Part shown: positions 1 to 9,343 of the stretch, in pieces
How positions within the stretch are numbered: position 1 is the first letter of the stretch
How the letters are laid out: every line of letters starts with the position of its first letter
From: Candidatus Harrisonbacteria bacterium
GTDB lineage: Bacteria; Patescibacteriota; Minisyncoccia; UBA6257; 1-14-0-10-40-38
DNA length: 64,000 bases
Direction of reading: 5' to 3'
Assembly (NCBI GenBank): GCA_023245035.1
Contig: JAHFLD010000002.1
Location: forward strand, 1,501-65,500
Translations under genes and position numbers: made by a program
The notes under the pieces: model-generated
What the model saw: the letters and a program-made list of their open reading frames with translations, nothing else
The model's database searches: none
What the model was told of the DNA's origin: nothing

Positions 1-195
1 GCGGTTTCGGGACTCCTCACGCTCTACTCGGGATTTATCTCGAGTGCCTCTTCGAGCGTCTCATCAAACCTTAATGTCTCGGGGGCCTTGAACGCCTCCT
101 CGACCTTGGCTGTTGGCGGCATCGCGACCTTAACCGGACTCGTCTCAACCGCCTCGAGCACGCTGCTCAACGTCAGCAACTTGAGCGGAACGAAC
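1..195 (+). repeat. Intragenic stalk repeat, with further copies at ~3211-3415 and ~3651-3835
   Basis: gcggtttcgggactcctcacgctctactcg occurs at 1 and 3211, and gctctactcgggctttatatcctcggcctcc at 3231 and 3651. Differences are mostly synonymous. Confidence 0.9.
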
Positions 196-3100
196 GCGAC
201 TACGACCAATCTTTATGTTACAGATGTAGCCTCGCTCAACGGCGCTTCAACCACAATTACCAATCTGGTGACCGTCAATGCCTCAAGCACTAATTCAACA
301 ACGACTAATTTTTATATTGGAAATGGATTCGTATCCAATGGCAGCACGTCGGCCTCGTCCACGATTTTGGGCCGATTGAACATTCCTCAATCCGGTTCGG
401 CGGTTGGAGTTAGTATTTCCGGAGTGAGTACCGGCAGTGGTTTGCTTTTGGGGGCGCCGACAACCGGGAAGAGCATTGATGTTACGGCGGGATCTCTCAC
501 TTCAGGAAGCGTTCTTAGTTATAGCGGAAATACTAATGGCACTTTCGGAACGAGAAGTGGTAACTATATTAATATTGTGCCAACAAGAAATTTGACTTCC
601 AGTGATTCAACCAATTCTGGAAGCTTTATCAACTTGGAGGAGCGTTTACAAAATACCGGAACCGGTATAATGAGTATTACCGGGACGCTGATTACCGCCT
701 CTTCAACTTGTTTTGGTTCCGGACAATGCTATGACGGCGGCGGTTTGATTCTTTTGCGACAAAACAACGCGAACGCGACCGGAACGGTGGCGCGTCTTAT
801 CAGTAACGCATCATCAACGGTGCTCTTGTCGCTTGAGAATGCGGCGAATGTTCTTTATTCAATTGCTCCAACAACCAGTTCGTCCACGTCAATCACTATT
901 AGAACCGGTGGGGCGGCGACGACGACGATTCCGGATCTCTACACTAATATTTGGTCAATCGCAACCAACACCGCTTCCACTCCAGTCTTTACGATTTCAA
1001 CGCTTTCCGGTCCGCGGATTGGAATTGGTACGACGACGCCAAGCGCCGCGCTCGCGGTCAATGGCAGTTTTTACGTAACTGGAAGAAGCATAGCCGATGT
1101 TTTGCTCGCAACCTCAATTGGTATCGGCACCTCTTCACCGGCAGCGACATTTTCTATTCATGGTAATGAGTTGATTTCCGGCACGACGACAGTTGGCGGA
1201 ATTGTGGCGACATCATCAATCGATACCAGCAACAAGTCCGGCTTTACCTGGCTGACTGCCAGCGGTTTGAATGCCCTAGTTTTTGCCACCAATACGCAGG
1301 GAACCTCGGGACAGTATCCAATCTTTTCGATTGGAGCGACGACGACGTCTAACGGTGGTTTGGACTACGCGCGCGTGGCCGTTGGTACGACTACCGATGC
1401 TTTAAACAATGGATTGCGAGAGCAATTTACGGTTGCCGGTCGTCTGCGGCAGACGTGGGCGGTTTACGATAACGACTTCATGTCGGTTGGTGGAGGCAAC
1501 CCGGGCGCGGCAATCGCGAACTCGGATACGGCCAACGTTATTAACGGGGCCTTCCACTTTGATTCCGAAGGTCAGTGTCAATTGACTCAAATCCCGTCAA
1601 CAAATACAGTTGGTAATTCCAAAGGTATTATCGGGCTTCGGGCGTCTTCCGGAACGGGTACCACGGCTCCGGGAAATGGCTGTATTCTTTCGGCCGCCGC
1701 CAATACCGGGGCGACATCAAGTCCGGTTTTTGAGACCAAAGTGGCGATGAGTGCTACCAATAATTCACACGCTTTTGTTGGTTTGGGCTATGTTTCTGCG
1801 GTTGGCGGCGATGCCAATGCCAGTTCTACATTTGAGGTTGGTTTCAAATATGGAACTTCCAGTAACTGGTTTGCCGAGGCGAACGACAATGGCACGGCGA
1901 CGATGGTGGATACCGGAGTTGTGCCGTCAACTTCAGCTTTTCAGACTTTGAGGTTTGAGTTTGATTCCAATAGCAAGGTTTCTTTCTTTATTGATGGAGT
2001 TTTACGGGGTGTTATTACAACCAATATTCCTTCAGGAAGTATGGGGATGCTGTTTAAGTTGGAGCAGACGATTGATACATCTAACCCCGGTATGAGCATT
2101 GATTATGTTAAGTTGTGGGCGGACGATCCACCAGGCGGCAACGGACCCAATAGCGGTGGCGGCGGTAACGATCCGAACTTTAACTTACCACCAAACTTGT
2201 CATCGCTGGACATGATTTATCAGAGCGCGGTAGTTGAGCGTTACAACACCGCGGTGAATGCCCTTAACTATCCGCTTGGCACAGTGATGGCTTTTGATGC
2301 CACTAGTTCGCCGGTCTATGCCGGAGTTTATGTGAAACCAGCGGCTACGACTTATGGCGATTTGGTGATGGGGGTGGTAGCGCATAACGAGGCGGCCAAA
2401 ATTGAACTTGGTTTCGGTAACTTGCCACTGGTTAAAAGTGGTCGAGGGTATGTTCGAGTTCAGGGTCAAGTTAATGCCGGCGATTTGTTGACGATCTCTA
2501 CCACGCCAGGTGTTGCCGAAAAGGCGAATAATTCAAATCTTTTGCTGGGTCGCGCTTTGACTGCCGTGGGTAATAGCGGGTTAGTTTTGGCCGATATAGA
2601 GATTAAACATGAGTCGTCCACAACGACATATTCCAATGCGGTTTTCACGCAATCGAGCTTTACAAGTGCCACGACAACTAATGCCACCTCGACCTCCTTG
2701 TATGTTTCGGGTGCTTTGCGAGTAGCGACCACAACCGCCGGACTTGGTTCAGTTTTTGCCTTGCAGGGCAACGCGCTTTTCTCCGGCGATCTCTCTTTGG
2801 CTAACTTGATTGCGACCGGTACGACCAGATTTGGCGGAATTACATATACCTGGCCGACGACGCAGTCGGCGGCGTGTTTGAAAAATGACGGCGCCGGAGT
2901 TTTGAGCTGGGGCTCGTGCGGTGGAGCCTCCGGATCACAGACGCCGTGGGCGCAAAACATTGATGCCTCCGGCTTCAGCCTTTCCAATGTAACCAACATT
3001 ACCGCAACCGGAAGTTTGTTGGTTGCGAACGCGACTTCCACCATCACTAATCTGACGACGGTCAATGCCACTTCCACCAACGCGACCTCGACGACTCTTT

Positions 3101-6100
3101 ACGTTTCCGGTTCGGCGATATTTGCCGGCGCCTCGACCACGATCACCAACCTCAATGCCACCTTCGCCTCGCTTGTCTCCACAGGCGGCGTCTTCGCTTC
3201 GGGCACTGGCGCGGTTTCGGGACTCCTCACGCTCTACTCGGGCTTTATATCCTCGGCCTCCTCGAGTATCTCTTCGAACCTGAACGTCTCGGGGGCGCTC
3301 AACGCCTCCTCAACTCTGGCCGTAGGCGGACTTGCGACCTTGACCGGTCTGCAGTCAACCGCCTCGAGCACGCTGCTCAATGTGACCAACTTCAGCGGAA
3401 CGAACGGCACCACGAGCAATGAGGCGATTACCGGTTCGCTGGCCGTGACCGGAGCCTCCTCGAGCATCGCCAATCTCAATTTGGTGAACGCGACCTCGAC
3501 GACGCTCTACACCTCCGGACAGTTCCTCGCCGGGGGCGCCAGCAACACGATCTTGGGGACGCTCTACGGCTCAACCTTCAATCCGCAGACCTTGACCTCG
3601 ACTGGGAGTGTCAACGCCTCGGGCACCTTGGCCGTCTCGGGACTGGCCTCGCTCTACTCGGGCTTTATATCCTCGGCCTCCTCGAGCGTCTCCTCGAACC
3701 TGAACGTCTCGGGGGCGCTCAATGCCTCCTCAACTCTGGCCGTAGGCGGACTTGCGACCTTGACCGGTCTGCAGTCAACCGCCTCGAGCACGCTGCTCAA
3801 TGTCAGCAACTTTACCGCGACCAACGGCACCACGACCTCGGCCACCTCGACCTCCTTGTATGTTTCGGGCTCCTTGGGTGTCAACGGCGCCTCGACCACT
3901 ATCACGAACCTTGTAACCGTGAACGCCACGACAACTAATGCCACCTCGACCTCCTTGTATGTTTCGGGTGCTTTGCGAGTAGCGACCACAACCGCCGGAC
4001 TTGGTTCAGTTTTTGCCTTGCAGGGCAACGCGCTTTTCTCCGGCGATCTCTCTTTGGCTAACTTGATTGCGACCGGTACGACCAGATTTGGCGGAATTAC
4101 ATATACCTGGCCGACGACGCAGTCGGCGGCGTGTTTGAAAAATGACGGCGCCGGAGTTTTGAGCTGGGGCTCGTGCGGTGGAGCCTCCGGATCACAGACG
4201 CCGTGGGCGCAAAACATTGATGCCTCCGGCTTCAGCCTTTCCAATGTAACCAACATTACCGCGACGAATAGCATTCTAATCGCGGCTTCTGGTGGGAATA
4301 TTGGAGGACAACTCTCGGTAGTGGCGACTTCGACCGATAGCATGTTATTCATGGGCAGAGCCGCCTCTGGGCAAACGGGGCATTTGTTTGCTTTGCAAGA
4401 TTCAAGCGGGGTTAATTTGTTCAGTGTGAGCGCTACCGGCAATACCTTTGCTTCATCGTCATTGCAAGTTTCGGCGACGACGACCTTGTATGGCGATATT
4501 GTTTTGGACTACACGACGACCGACAGACCGCGTGTTTTGAAGATTGGCGCGCCTAACGGAAATCCCCGAGGTTTGTGGATTGCCACTACGACTGGTGCGG
4601 CCTTAAATACTCCAGGAACTTGGCCATTACTTGTGGTGCAGTCAACTACGACTGGGATGTTGGATTACGCACGAGTTGGGATCGGTACTTCTACAACCTG
4701 GGGTGAGGCGGGCTTGCGGGATCAGTTGACTGTTGCCGGAAGAGCCTACACAACTTGGCAGTACGCGTCGTGTGACTTTGCGGGAGCGTCGCTTACAGCC
4801 GCCGTCGCCGCGGCAACGAGCAATGTTTGCGGTCCCTTTGGATTCTTTATCCATCAAGCCGGTTCGTTGAGTCCTGGTACCACGACACCAACATATGTGA
4901 AGCTCAATTCTACGGGAGGCAGTATTGGTCAGGGGGCGATGCTTGGTACCGTGCCAAACTTTATTTCGGCGACCACCAGTCCGGTACTTGAGGCCTGGGT
5001 TTCGGTGACGAGTATTACAAACGGACATTATCAAGTTGGTTTCTTCGGTGCCACGAGCACGACTTGGGATCCGGCTTGGCAGATGAATAACGGCATCTTC
5101 TTTGTGGCGGAACAAAACTTGAATGGTGGTAACTGGACGGCGGTTAACAAGCGGACGAATATTGATGGCACGGTGGCGAGTACCACAATCGATACCGGCA
5201 TTCCCGGGGCGAGTGGTTTTTCGGCGAGTGGCGTGGCCCAGTATCGGCGCCTTAGAATTGAGGTTAGTACCAGCACAATTTATTACCTGATCAATGGGAG
5301 AATTGTGGCACAGTTGAGTACCACAACTCCGTCCAGGAATTTAACCCCGGCGGTAACGGTGGCCAGTGTTTACGCCGCTGCTAGAAAGGATCTCAACTTA
5401 AGATTGTTGCGCCTATGGAATGACGATCCGGTTGGGGGCGAGGTTGTCGGGGCTCCAGCTTTGGACGACTCAACTCCGGAAGTTTCCGATTTGGATCGCA
5501 ATCATACCGCCGGCAAGTTCTTCTTTACCGGAACTACGACGCCACCCGAGGGCAGTCTGGTTTCCTATGATTACGGGGCATCGACTCATAAGAGTGGATT
5601 GTGGGTAGGTTACGCCACAACAACTTACGAATCCGGTTTGGCTGGCGTCGTGGCCAGTGAGGGTAATTCGGCTCTGCGCTTTGGTTCGGGCGATATTGAT
5701 GTGGCTTTGAGTGGCAAGGCGATGGTGCGAGTAAGCGCTGTGAACGGTGAAATTCATGCCGGGGATTATCTGACTTCGAGCGAGGTTCCAGGTGTGGCGG
5801 TTAAGGCGACGCAATCGGGCTGGATTATTGGTCAGGCCTTTGAGAGTTATTCCGGAGGCGGCGAAGGGGCGGTCTTGGCGAATATCGCCCCCGAATTTAT
5901 GACGGTTGATAAACAGTCAGCTTCCGGCGTGATTGATTCTATTACCGAGACGGTTTCGGAATTGGCGGATTTTGTGGCGCAGAATAGCGCGAAGCTAGTG
6001 AAGGTTTTTTACGGTAAAATTGTGGCCGCGATCGCGGTGGTTAATAACCTTTTTGTGCACACGGTTACCATCTTGCCGGATGGCGAGCTTGCGGTGCCCG

Positions 6101-6729
6101 AGGGCGCGAATCAGATTTCCGGAACTGCGACTATTCAGTCCGGCGCTTCGGAGGTGACGATTTACAACACCAAGGTTACTTCTACTAGCAAGATATTTAT
6201 TACTCCGACAACATTGACCAGTTTGCCGCTTTCGGTGACCAATAAGACGTCGGGGCAGAGCTTTACGGTTAGCGTTCAGGGTACCTTGGTTAATTCGATA
6301 GACTTTGATTGGCTGATAATCGGAGCCTATCCTGCTGGTTTGGGAAATCCGCAGACGCAGCAGAATCAGGCGCCCAATAATTCGGGTGGACAGAGCGGTA
6401 ATTCCGGAGGCCTGGCTCCAGATCAGAATCTTGGCAATGGTTCAGGCGGGGATTCTACCGGTGGAACCGGGGCGGTGATTGTTCCGCCGCCGGATTCGCC
6501 CTTAACGCCACCGGATAGTGGATTAAATAATTCTTCGGGAGACGGTTCTTTGCCGATAATTCCGCCTCCAGATGCCGGACAAGTTAATTCACCGCCAGAT
6601 GCGGGAGTTTCAGCGCCGCCCCCAGATAATGGTTCGGGGCAAGTAACTCCACCACCGGACGCGGGAGTGAATAGCGGTGGCGCTGGCAGCGGGGAGCCGC
6701 CGGATGCCGGTTCGGCGCCGAATCCGTAA
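1..6729 (+). CDS. Giant S/T/N/G-rich surface protein with tail-fibre-like modules (5'-truncated, at least 2242 aa)
   Basis: The frame is open from base 1 (AVSGLLTLYSGFISSASS...). It contains NASST/NATST stalk repeats, GIGTTTP/GIGTSSP motifs, two beta-sandwich modules each followed by a GD(L/Y)LT.S..PGVA.KA segment, and a C-terminal PPD-rich tail. Confidence 0.85.
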   Translation, partial: AVSGLLTLYSGFISSASSSVSSNLNVSGALNASSTLAVGGIATLTGLVSTASSTLLNVSNLSGTNATTTNLYVTDVASLNGASTTITNLVTVNASSTNSTTTNFYIGNGFVSNGSTSASSTILGRLNIPQSGSAVGVSISGVSTGSGLLLGAPTTGKSIDVTAGSLTSGSVLSYSGNTNGTFGTRSGNYINIVPTRNLTSSDSTNSGSFINLEERLQNTGTGIMSITGTLITASSTCFGSGQCYDGGGLILLRQNNANATGTVARLISNASSTVLLSLENAANVLYSIAPTTSSSTSITIRTGGAATTTIPDLYTNIWSIATNTASTPVFTISTLSGPRIGIGTTTPSAALAVNGSFYVTGRSIADVLLATSIGIGTSSPAATFSIHGNELISGTTTVGGIVATSSIDTSNKSGFTWLTASGLNALVFATNTQGTSGQYPIFSIGATTTSNGGLDYARVAVGTTTDALNNGLREQFTVAGRLRQTWAVYDNDFMSVGGGNPGAAIANSDTANVINGAFHFDSEGQCQLTQIPSTNTVGNSKGIIGLRASSGTGTTAPGNGCILSAAANTGATSSPVFETKVAMSATNNSHAFVGLGYVSAVGGDANASSTFEVGFKYGTSSNWFAEANDNGTATMVDTGVVPSTSAFQTLRFEFDSNSKVSFFIDGVLRGVITTNIPSGSMGMLFKLEQTIDTSNPGMSIDYVKLWADDPPGGNGPNSGGGGNDPNFNLPPNLSSLDMIYQSAVVERYNTAVNALNYPLGTVMAFDATSSPVYAGVYVKPAATTYGDLVMGVVAHNEAAKIELGFGNLPLVKSGRGYVRVQGQVNAGDLLTISTTPGVAEKANNSNLLLGRALTAVGNSGLVLADIEIKHESSTTTYSNAVFTQSSFTSATTTNATSTSLYVSGALRVATTTAGLGSVFALQGNALFSGDLSLANLIATGTTRFGGITYTWPTTQSAACLKNDGAGVLSWGSCGGASGSQTPWAQNIDASGFSLSNVTNITATGSLLVANATSTITNLTTVNATSTNATSTTLYVSGSAIFAGASTTITNLNATFASLVSTGGVFASGTGAVSGLLTLYSGFISSASSSISSNLNVSGALNASSTLAVGGLATLTGLQSTASSTLLNVTNFSGTNGTTSNEAITGSLAVTGASSSIANLNLVNATSTTLYTSGQFLAGGASNTILGTLYGSTFNPQTLTSTGSVNASGTLAVSGLASLYSGFISSASSSVSSNLNVSGALNASSTLAVGGLATLTGLQSTASSTLLNVSNFTATNGTTTSATSTSLYVSGSLGVNGASTTITNLVTVNATTTNATSTSLYVSGALRVATTTAGLGSVFALQGNALFSGDLSLANLIATGTTRFGGITYTWPTTQSAACLKNDGAGVLSWGSCGGASGSQTPWAQNIDASGFSLSNVTNITATNSILIAASGGNIGGQLSVVATSTDSMLFMGRAASGQTGHLFALQDSSGVNLFSVSATGNTFASSSLQVSATTTLYGDIVLDYTTTDRPRVLKIGAPNGNPRGLWIATTTGAALNTPGTWPLLVVQSTTTGMLDYARVGIGTSTTWGEAGLRDQLTVAGRAYTTWQYASCDFAGASLTAAVAAATSNVCGPFGFFIHQAGSLSPGTTTPTYVKLNSTGGSIGQGAMLGTVPNFISATTSPVLEAWVSVTSITNGHYQVGFFGATSTTWDPAWQMNNGIFFVAEQNLNGGNWTAVNKRTNIDGTVASTTIDTGIPGASGFSASGVAQYRRLRIEVSTSTIYYLINGRIVAQLSTTTPSRNLTPAVTVASVYAAARKDLNLRLLRLWNDDPVGGEVVGAPALDDSTPEVSDLDRNHTAGKFFFTGTTTPPEGSLVSYDYGASTHKSGLWVGYATTTYESGLAGVVASEGNSALRFGSGDIDVALSGKAMVRVSAVNGEIHAGDYLTSSEVPGVAVKATQSGWIIGQAFESYSGGGEGAVLANIAPEFMTVDKQSASGVIDSITETVSELADFVAQNSAKLVKVFYGKIVAAIAVVNNLFVHTVTILPDGELAVPEGANQISGTATIQSGASEVTIYNTKVTSTSKIFITPTTLTSLPLSVTNKTSGQSFTVSVQGTLVNSIDFDWLIIGAYPAGLGNPQTQQNQAPNNSGGQSGNSGGLAPDQNLGNGSGGDSTGGTGAVIVPPPDSPLTPPDSGLNNSSGDGSLPIIPPPDAGQVNSPPDAGVSAPPPDNGSGQVTPPPDAGVNSGGAGSGEPPDAGSAPNP
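2668..3005 (+). repeat. 338-bp direct repeat, copy 1
   Basis: Identical by eye to 3925-4262; encodes ATTTNATSTSLYVSGALRV...WAQNIDASGFSLSNVTNITA. Confidence 0.95.
3925..4262 (+). repeat. 338-bp direct repeat, copy 2
   Basis: Identical by eye to 2668-3005. Confidence 0.95.
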
Positions 6730-6829
6730 GTCTTGCCGATGGGGATGGCTTGGCTTGAACTCTGTTTCCGATCTGTTAAACTTTATCCATTGAAGCTATT
6801 TTGGTTCACATAAATTATTTAATAAACTT

Positions 6830-7249
6830 ATGAAAAAAGATAAAATTATTTTTTCGCTGGTTCTTTTAGTGGTCGTGATTATGCTTGGTATTTTTTGGAA
6901 GACAGGTTCAATCTCTTTGACCGGGGATGAGGCGGTGAAGGCGGTTTTTTTGGCGAACGGGCAGGTTTATTTCGGCAAGGTCAGCGCCCAGAACAGCCAG
7001 TTTCTTCGCTTGACCGATATTTTTTATTTACAGGTTAGTCAGACGTTGCAGCCGCCGCAATCCGGCGTTCAGCCCCAGCAGAAAATTGATCTGGTGAAGT
7101 TGGGCAATGAGTTGCATGGGCCGCAGGATTTGATGGAGATTAACCGCGACCAGATATTATTTATTGAGAAGCTTCGCGATGATTCTAAAATTCTTAAGGC
7201 CATCCATGATTTTAAGAATCCTGGTACAAGTGGCCAGCCGGCTAATTAG
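6830..7249 (+). CDS. Membrane-anchored hypothetical protein of a type common in CPR
   Basis: N-terminal TM helix; motifs AVFLANGQVYFGK, LTDIFYLQ and LVKLGNELHGP..INRDQILFIE. Confidence 0.85.
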   Translation: MKKDKIIFSLVLLVVVIMLGIFWKTGSISLTGDEAVKAVFLANGQVYFGKVSAQNSQFLRLTDIFYLQVSQTLQPPQSGVQPQQKIDLVKLGNELHGPQDLMEINRDQILFIEKLRDDSKILKAIHDFKNPGTSGQPAN

Positions 7250-7283
7250 TGTTTTTCGCCGATCAGTTTTCGGAACAGGGGGG

Positions 7284-8036
7284 TTGTGGTTAATCCCTCT
7301 GTTTCTTGTTTTTTGGTTGGTGACACCGGTTTTGGCCACGGACTTTTCGGGAACGAATTTTATTATCAAGGATCCCGTGTTGAACGGTTCTTCCGGCTCG
7401 GCCACTTCCAGCAGTTTTGGTTTGCGGGGAACAATCGGGGAGCTTGGCGTGGGGCTTGGAACTTCAACTAACTTTGGTCTTCGCTCCGGTTCGCTTTATT
7501 TTCCGACACCGCCAAGCCCAAGCCCATCACCAACGCCGAGCCCATCGCCATCGCCAAGTACCGGCGGCAGTCCGTTTATTCCCCAGGTAGGAGTCGTGCC
7601 GCCGCTTTCGGCTAATATTTTGGTGAACTTGGCGAATATTATTCCGGTTTCCAATTGCAAGAATCCGGCTTTGAGGCGTTCGGATTATAATTGCGACGGC
7701 AAGGTAAATTTGAGAGATTTAAGCATTCTTTTTTCGGCTTCAGTTAAAAACGTGGCGCGCAATTTGAGCTTCTTGTTCTCTGACTGGACCGAGATTTTGC
7801 CGCGCTTTGCCACGCCGGAGACCTCCTCGCCAAAACAAATTGCCACGACACCGACGAATTTTGGCCGCGGGGTTTCGCCGACATCCCAGTTGGCGCAAGT
7901 GGGCGGAGCCGCTCAACGACCGGTTGATCTTCCTTCCTCTGGTGTGCAGTCTTTTTTTGGTAAGGTTAAGCAGTTGGTTAAGGATGTCTTATCTTTAGTA
8001 TTAACTGTTTTTCGCCTGTTGCCATTTCGGTTTTAG
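7284..8036 (+). CDS. Secreted protein with Pro/Ser linker and dockerin-like Ca-binding loop
   Basis: Signal peptide ending VLA-TD, PSPSPSPTP linker, SDYNCDGKVNLRDLSILF. The start is uncertain: TTG 7284 was chosen, but the ORF is open from 7164. Confidence 0.7.
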   Translation: MWLIPLFLVFWLVTPVLATDFSGTNFIIKDPVLNGSSGSATSSSFGLRGTIGELGVGLGTSTNFGLRSGSLYFPTPPSPSPSPTPSPSPSPSTGGSPFIPQVGVVPPLSANILVNLANIIPVSNCKNPALRRSDYNCDGKVNLRDLSILFSASVKNVARNLSFLFSDWTEILPRFATPETSSPKQIATTPTNFGRGVSPTSQLAQVGGAAQRPVDLPSSGVQSFFGKVKQLVKDVLSLVLTVFRLLPFRF

Positions 8037-8082
8037 TCTTTTTCTCACAGGCCGAGATCGGCAGATACTATATACTAGTGGG

Positions 8083-9339
8083 GTGGCTATTCGTCGGATT
8101 GTTTTGGTTGGGTGTTGTTCTTTAATGTTTTTTGCCGCGCCCTTAGCTTTGGCGGCTACTATGCGGCTGACTCCGGCTACGGGAAGCTTTATTTTGGGCA
8201 GCACTTTTGACTTAGCGGTCGTAATGAATACCGGCGGAGTAGCGGTTAACACCATTGAGGCCGACTTGCGTTTTCCTCCGGATAAACTTCAACTGGTTAA
8301 TCCATCGCTCGGAAAATCAATCGTACAGATTTGGGCCAGTCCGCCGACCTATTCCAATCAAGAGGGGCGAATTTATTTTATCGGCGGGATTCCGTCGCCG
8401 GGAATTACGACCTCGGAGGGCATTGTTCAGTCGTTTACCTTTCGGGTAACGGCTCCCGGAGCGGCACAGATTGATTTCGGCAAAAATAATTCTATTTTGG
8501 CGAACGATGGGTTGGGGACTAATGTTCTACAGCAAACTTCGCCAGCTTCGTTTCGGCTGTTGTTGCCACCGGCGCAGGGTCCGAAGATTTTTTCGCCATC
8601 GCATCCGGAGCAGGGCAAGTGGTACAAGGATCCCAATCCAATTTTTCAATGGGAGGCTTCGCCGGGAACCAATGGTTTTAGCTATGCTTTGGATCATGAT
8701 CCCAATGGCGCGCCGGATAACGTGGTGGAGACTGCCGAGGCGCAGGCATCGTTTACCGCCATCGAAAGCGGGGTTTGGTATTTTCATGTCAAAGAGCGGG
8801 CGGGTAACAGCTGGAGCGGGGTCAGCCATTTTTTTGTTAATCTGGACACATTGCCTCCGGCAGAGTTTGGCGTTAAGGCTTCGCCGGGATTGCGGACTTC
8901 CAACAAGAGTCCGATTCTGCGATTTTTTACCACGGATTCGTTGTCGGGATTTGATCATTTTGAGTTGAAGTCGGTGGCGCTAAAAGACGGCCCGAGCCAG
9001 TCTTCGTTTTTCTTTGAGGCATCCAGTCCATATCAACTTTCCGGTTTAAAAAGCGGGCGTTATGAAATTGTGGTCCGGGCTTACGACAAGGCCGGCAACT
9101 TTCGCGATGAATCGGTGACAATGAATATTCTTTCTTCGCTTGTCCAATTTGTGAGTCCGGAGGGAGTGGATTTTGTCTTGTTCTTTGTGCCCTGGGCCAG
9201 ATTCATCCCGACGCTCTTGGTGTTTTTGGTTTTCTTAGTCGGTTTTGTGATTTTTGTGTTGCACCGGCATCATCACCACCTACGGCATATTATTCGCGAG
9301 GATTTGCAGATTAAAAAACCTCGCCCCGGAAGGCGATAA
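8083..9339 (+). CDS. Cohesin-domain surface protein with Ig/FnIII-like domains and C-terminal TM
   Basis: Signal peptide; N-domain GSTFDLAVVMNTGG..VNTIEADLRFPPDKL...FTFRV...ILANDGLGTNVL; SPSHPEQGKWY; VRAYDKAGN; TM followed by a His-rich tail. Confidence 0.8.
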   Translation: MAIRRIVLVGCCSLMFFAAPLALAATMRLTPATGSFILGSTFDLAVVMNTGGVAVNTIEADLRFPPDKLQLVNPSLGKSIVQIWASPPTYSNQEGRIYFIGGIPSPGITTSEGIVQSFTFRVTAPGAAQIDFGKNNSILANDGLGTNVLQQTSPASFRLLLPPAQGPKIFSPSHPEQGKWYKDPNPIFQWEASPGTNGFSYALDHDPNGAPDNVVETAEAQASFTAIESGVWYFHVKERAGNSWSGVSHFFVNLDTLPPAEFGVKASPGLRTSNKSPILRFFTTDSLSGFDHFELKSVALKDGPSQSSFFFEASSPYQLSGLKSGRYEIVVRAYDKAGNFRDESVTMNILSSLVQFVSPEGVDFVLFFVPWARFIPTLLVFLVFLVGFVIFVLHRHHHHLRHIIREDLQIKKPRPGRR

Positions 9340-9343
9340 AATT

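Noticed and set aside
2668-4262. Repeat pairs in the giant gene as a DGR template/variable region
   Set aside because: One pair is identical and the others differ mainly at synonymous sites, not specifically at adenines. No reverse transcriptase is present.
2466-4442. Long antisense ORFs (204 and 262 aa) and similar shadow ORFs over gyrB, dnaE and thrS
   Set aside because: They lie opposite well-supported genes and are explained by codon bias and repeats.
1-6729. Giant gene as part of a prophage tail module
   Set aside because: No capsid, terminase, portal or other phage genes are nearby; the neighbours are envelope and housekeeping genes.
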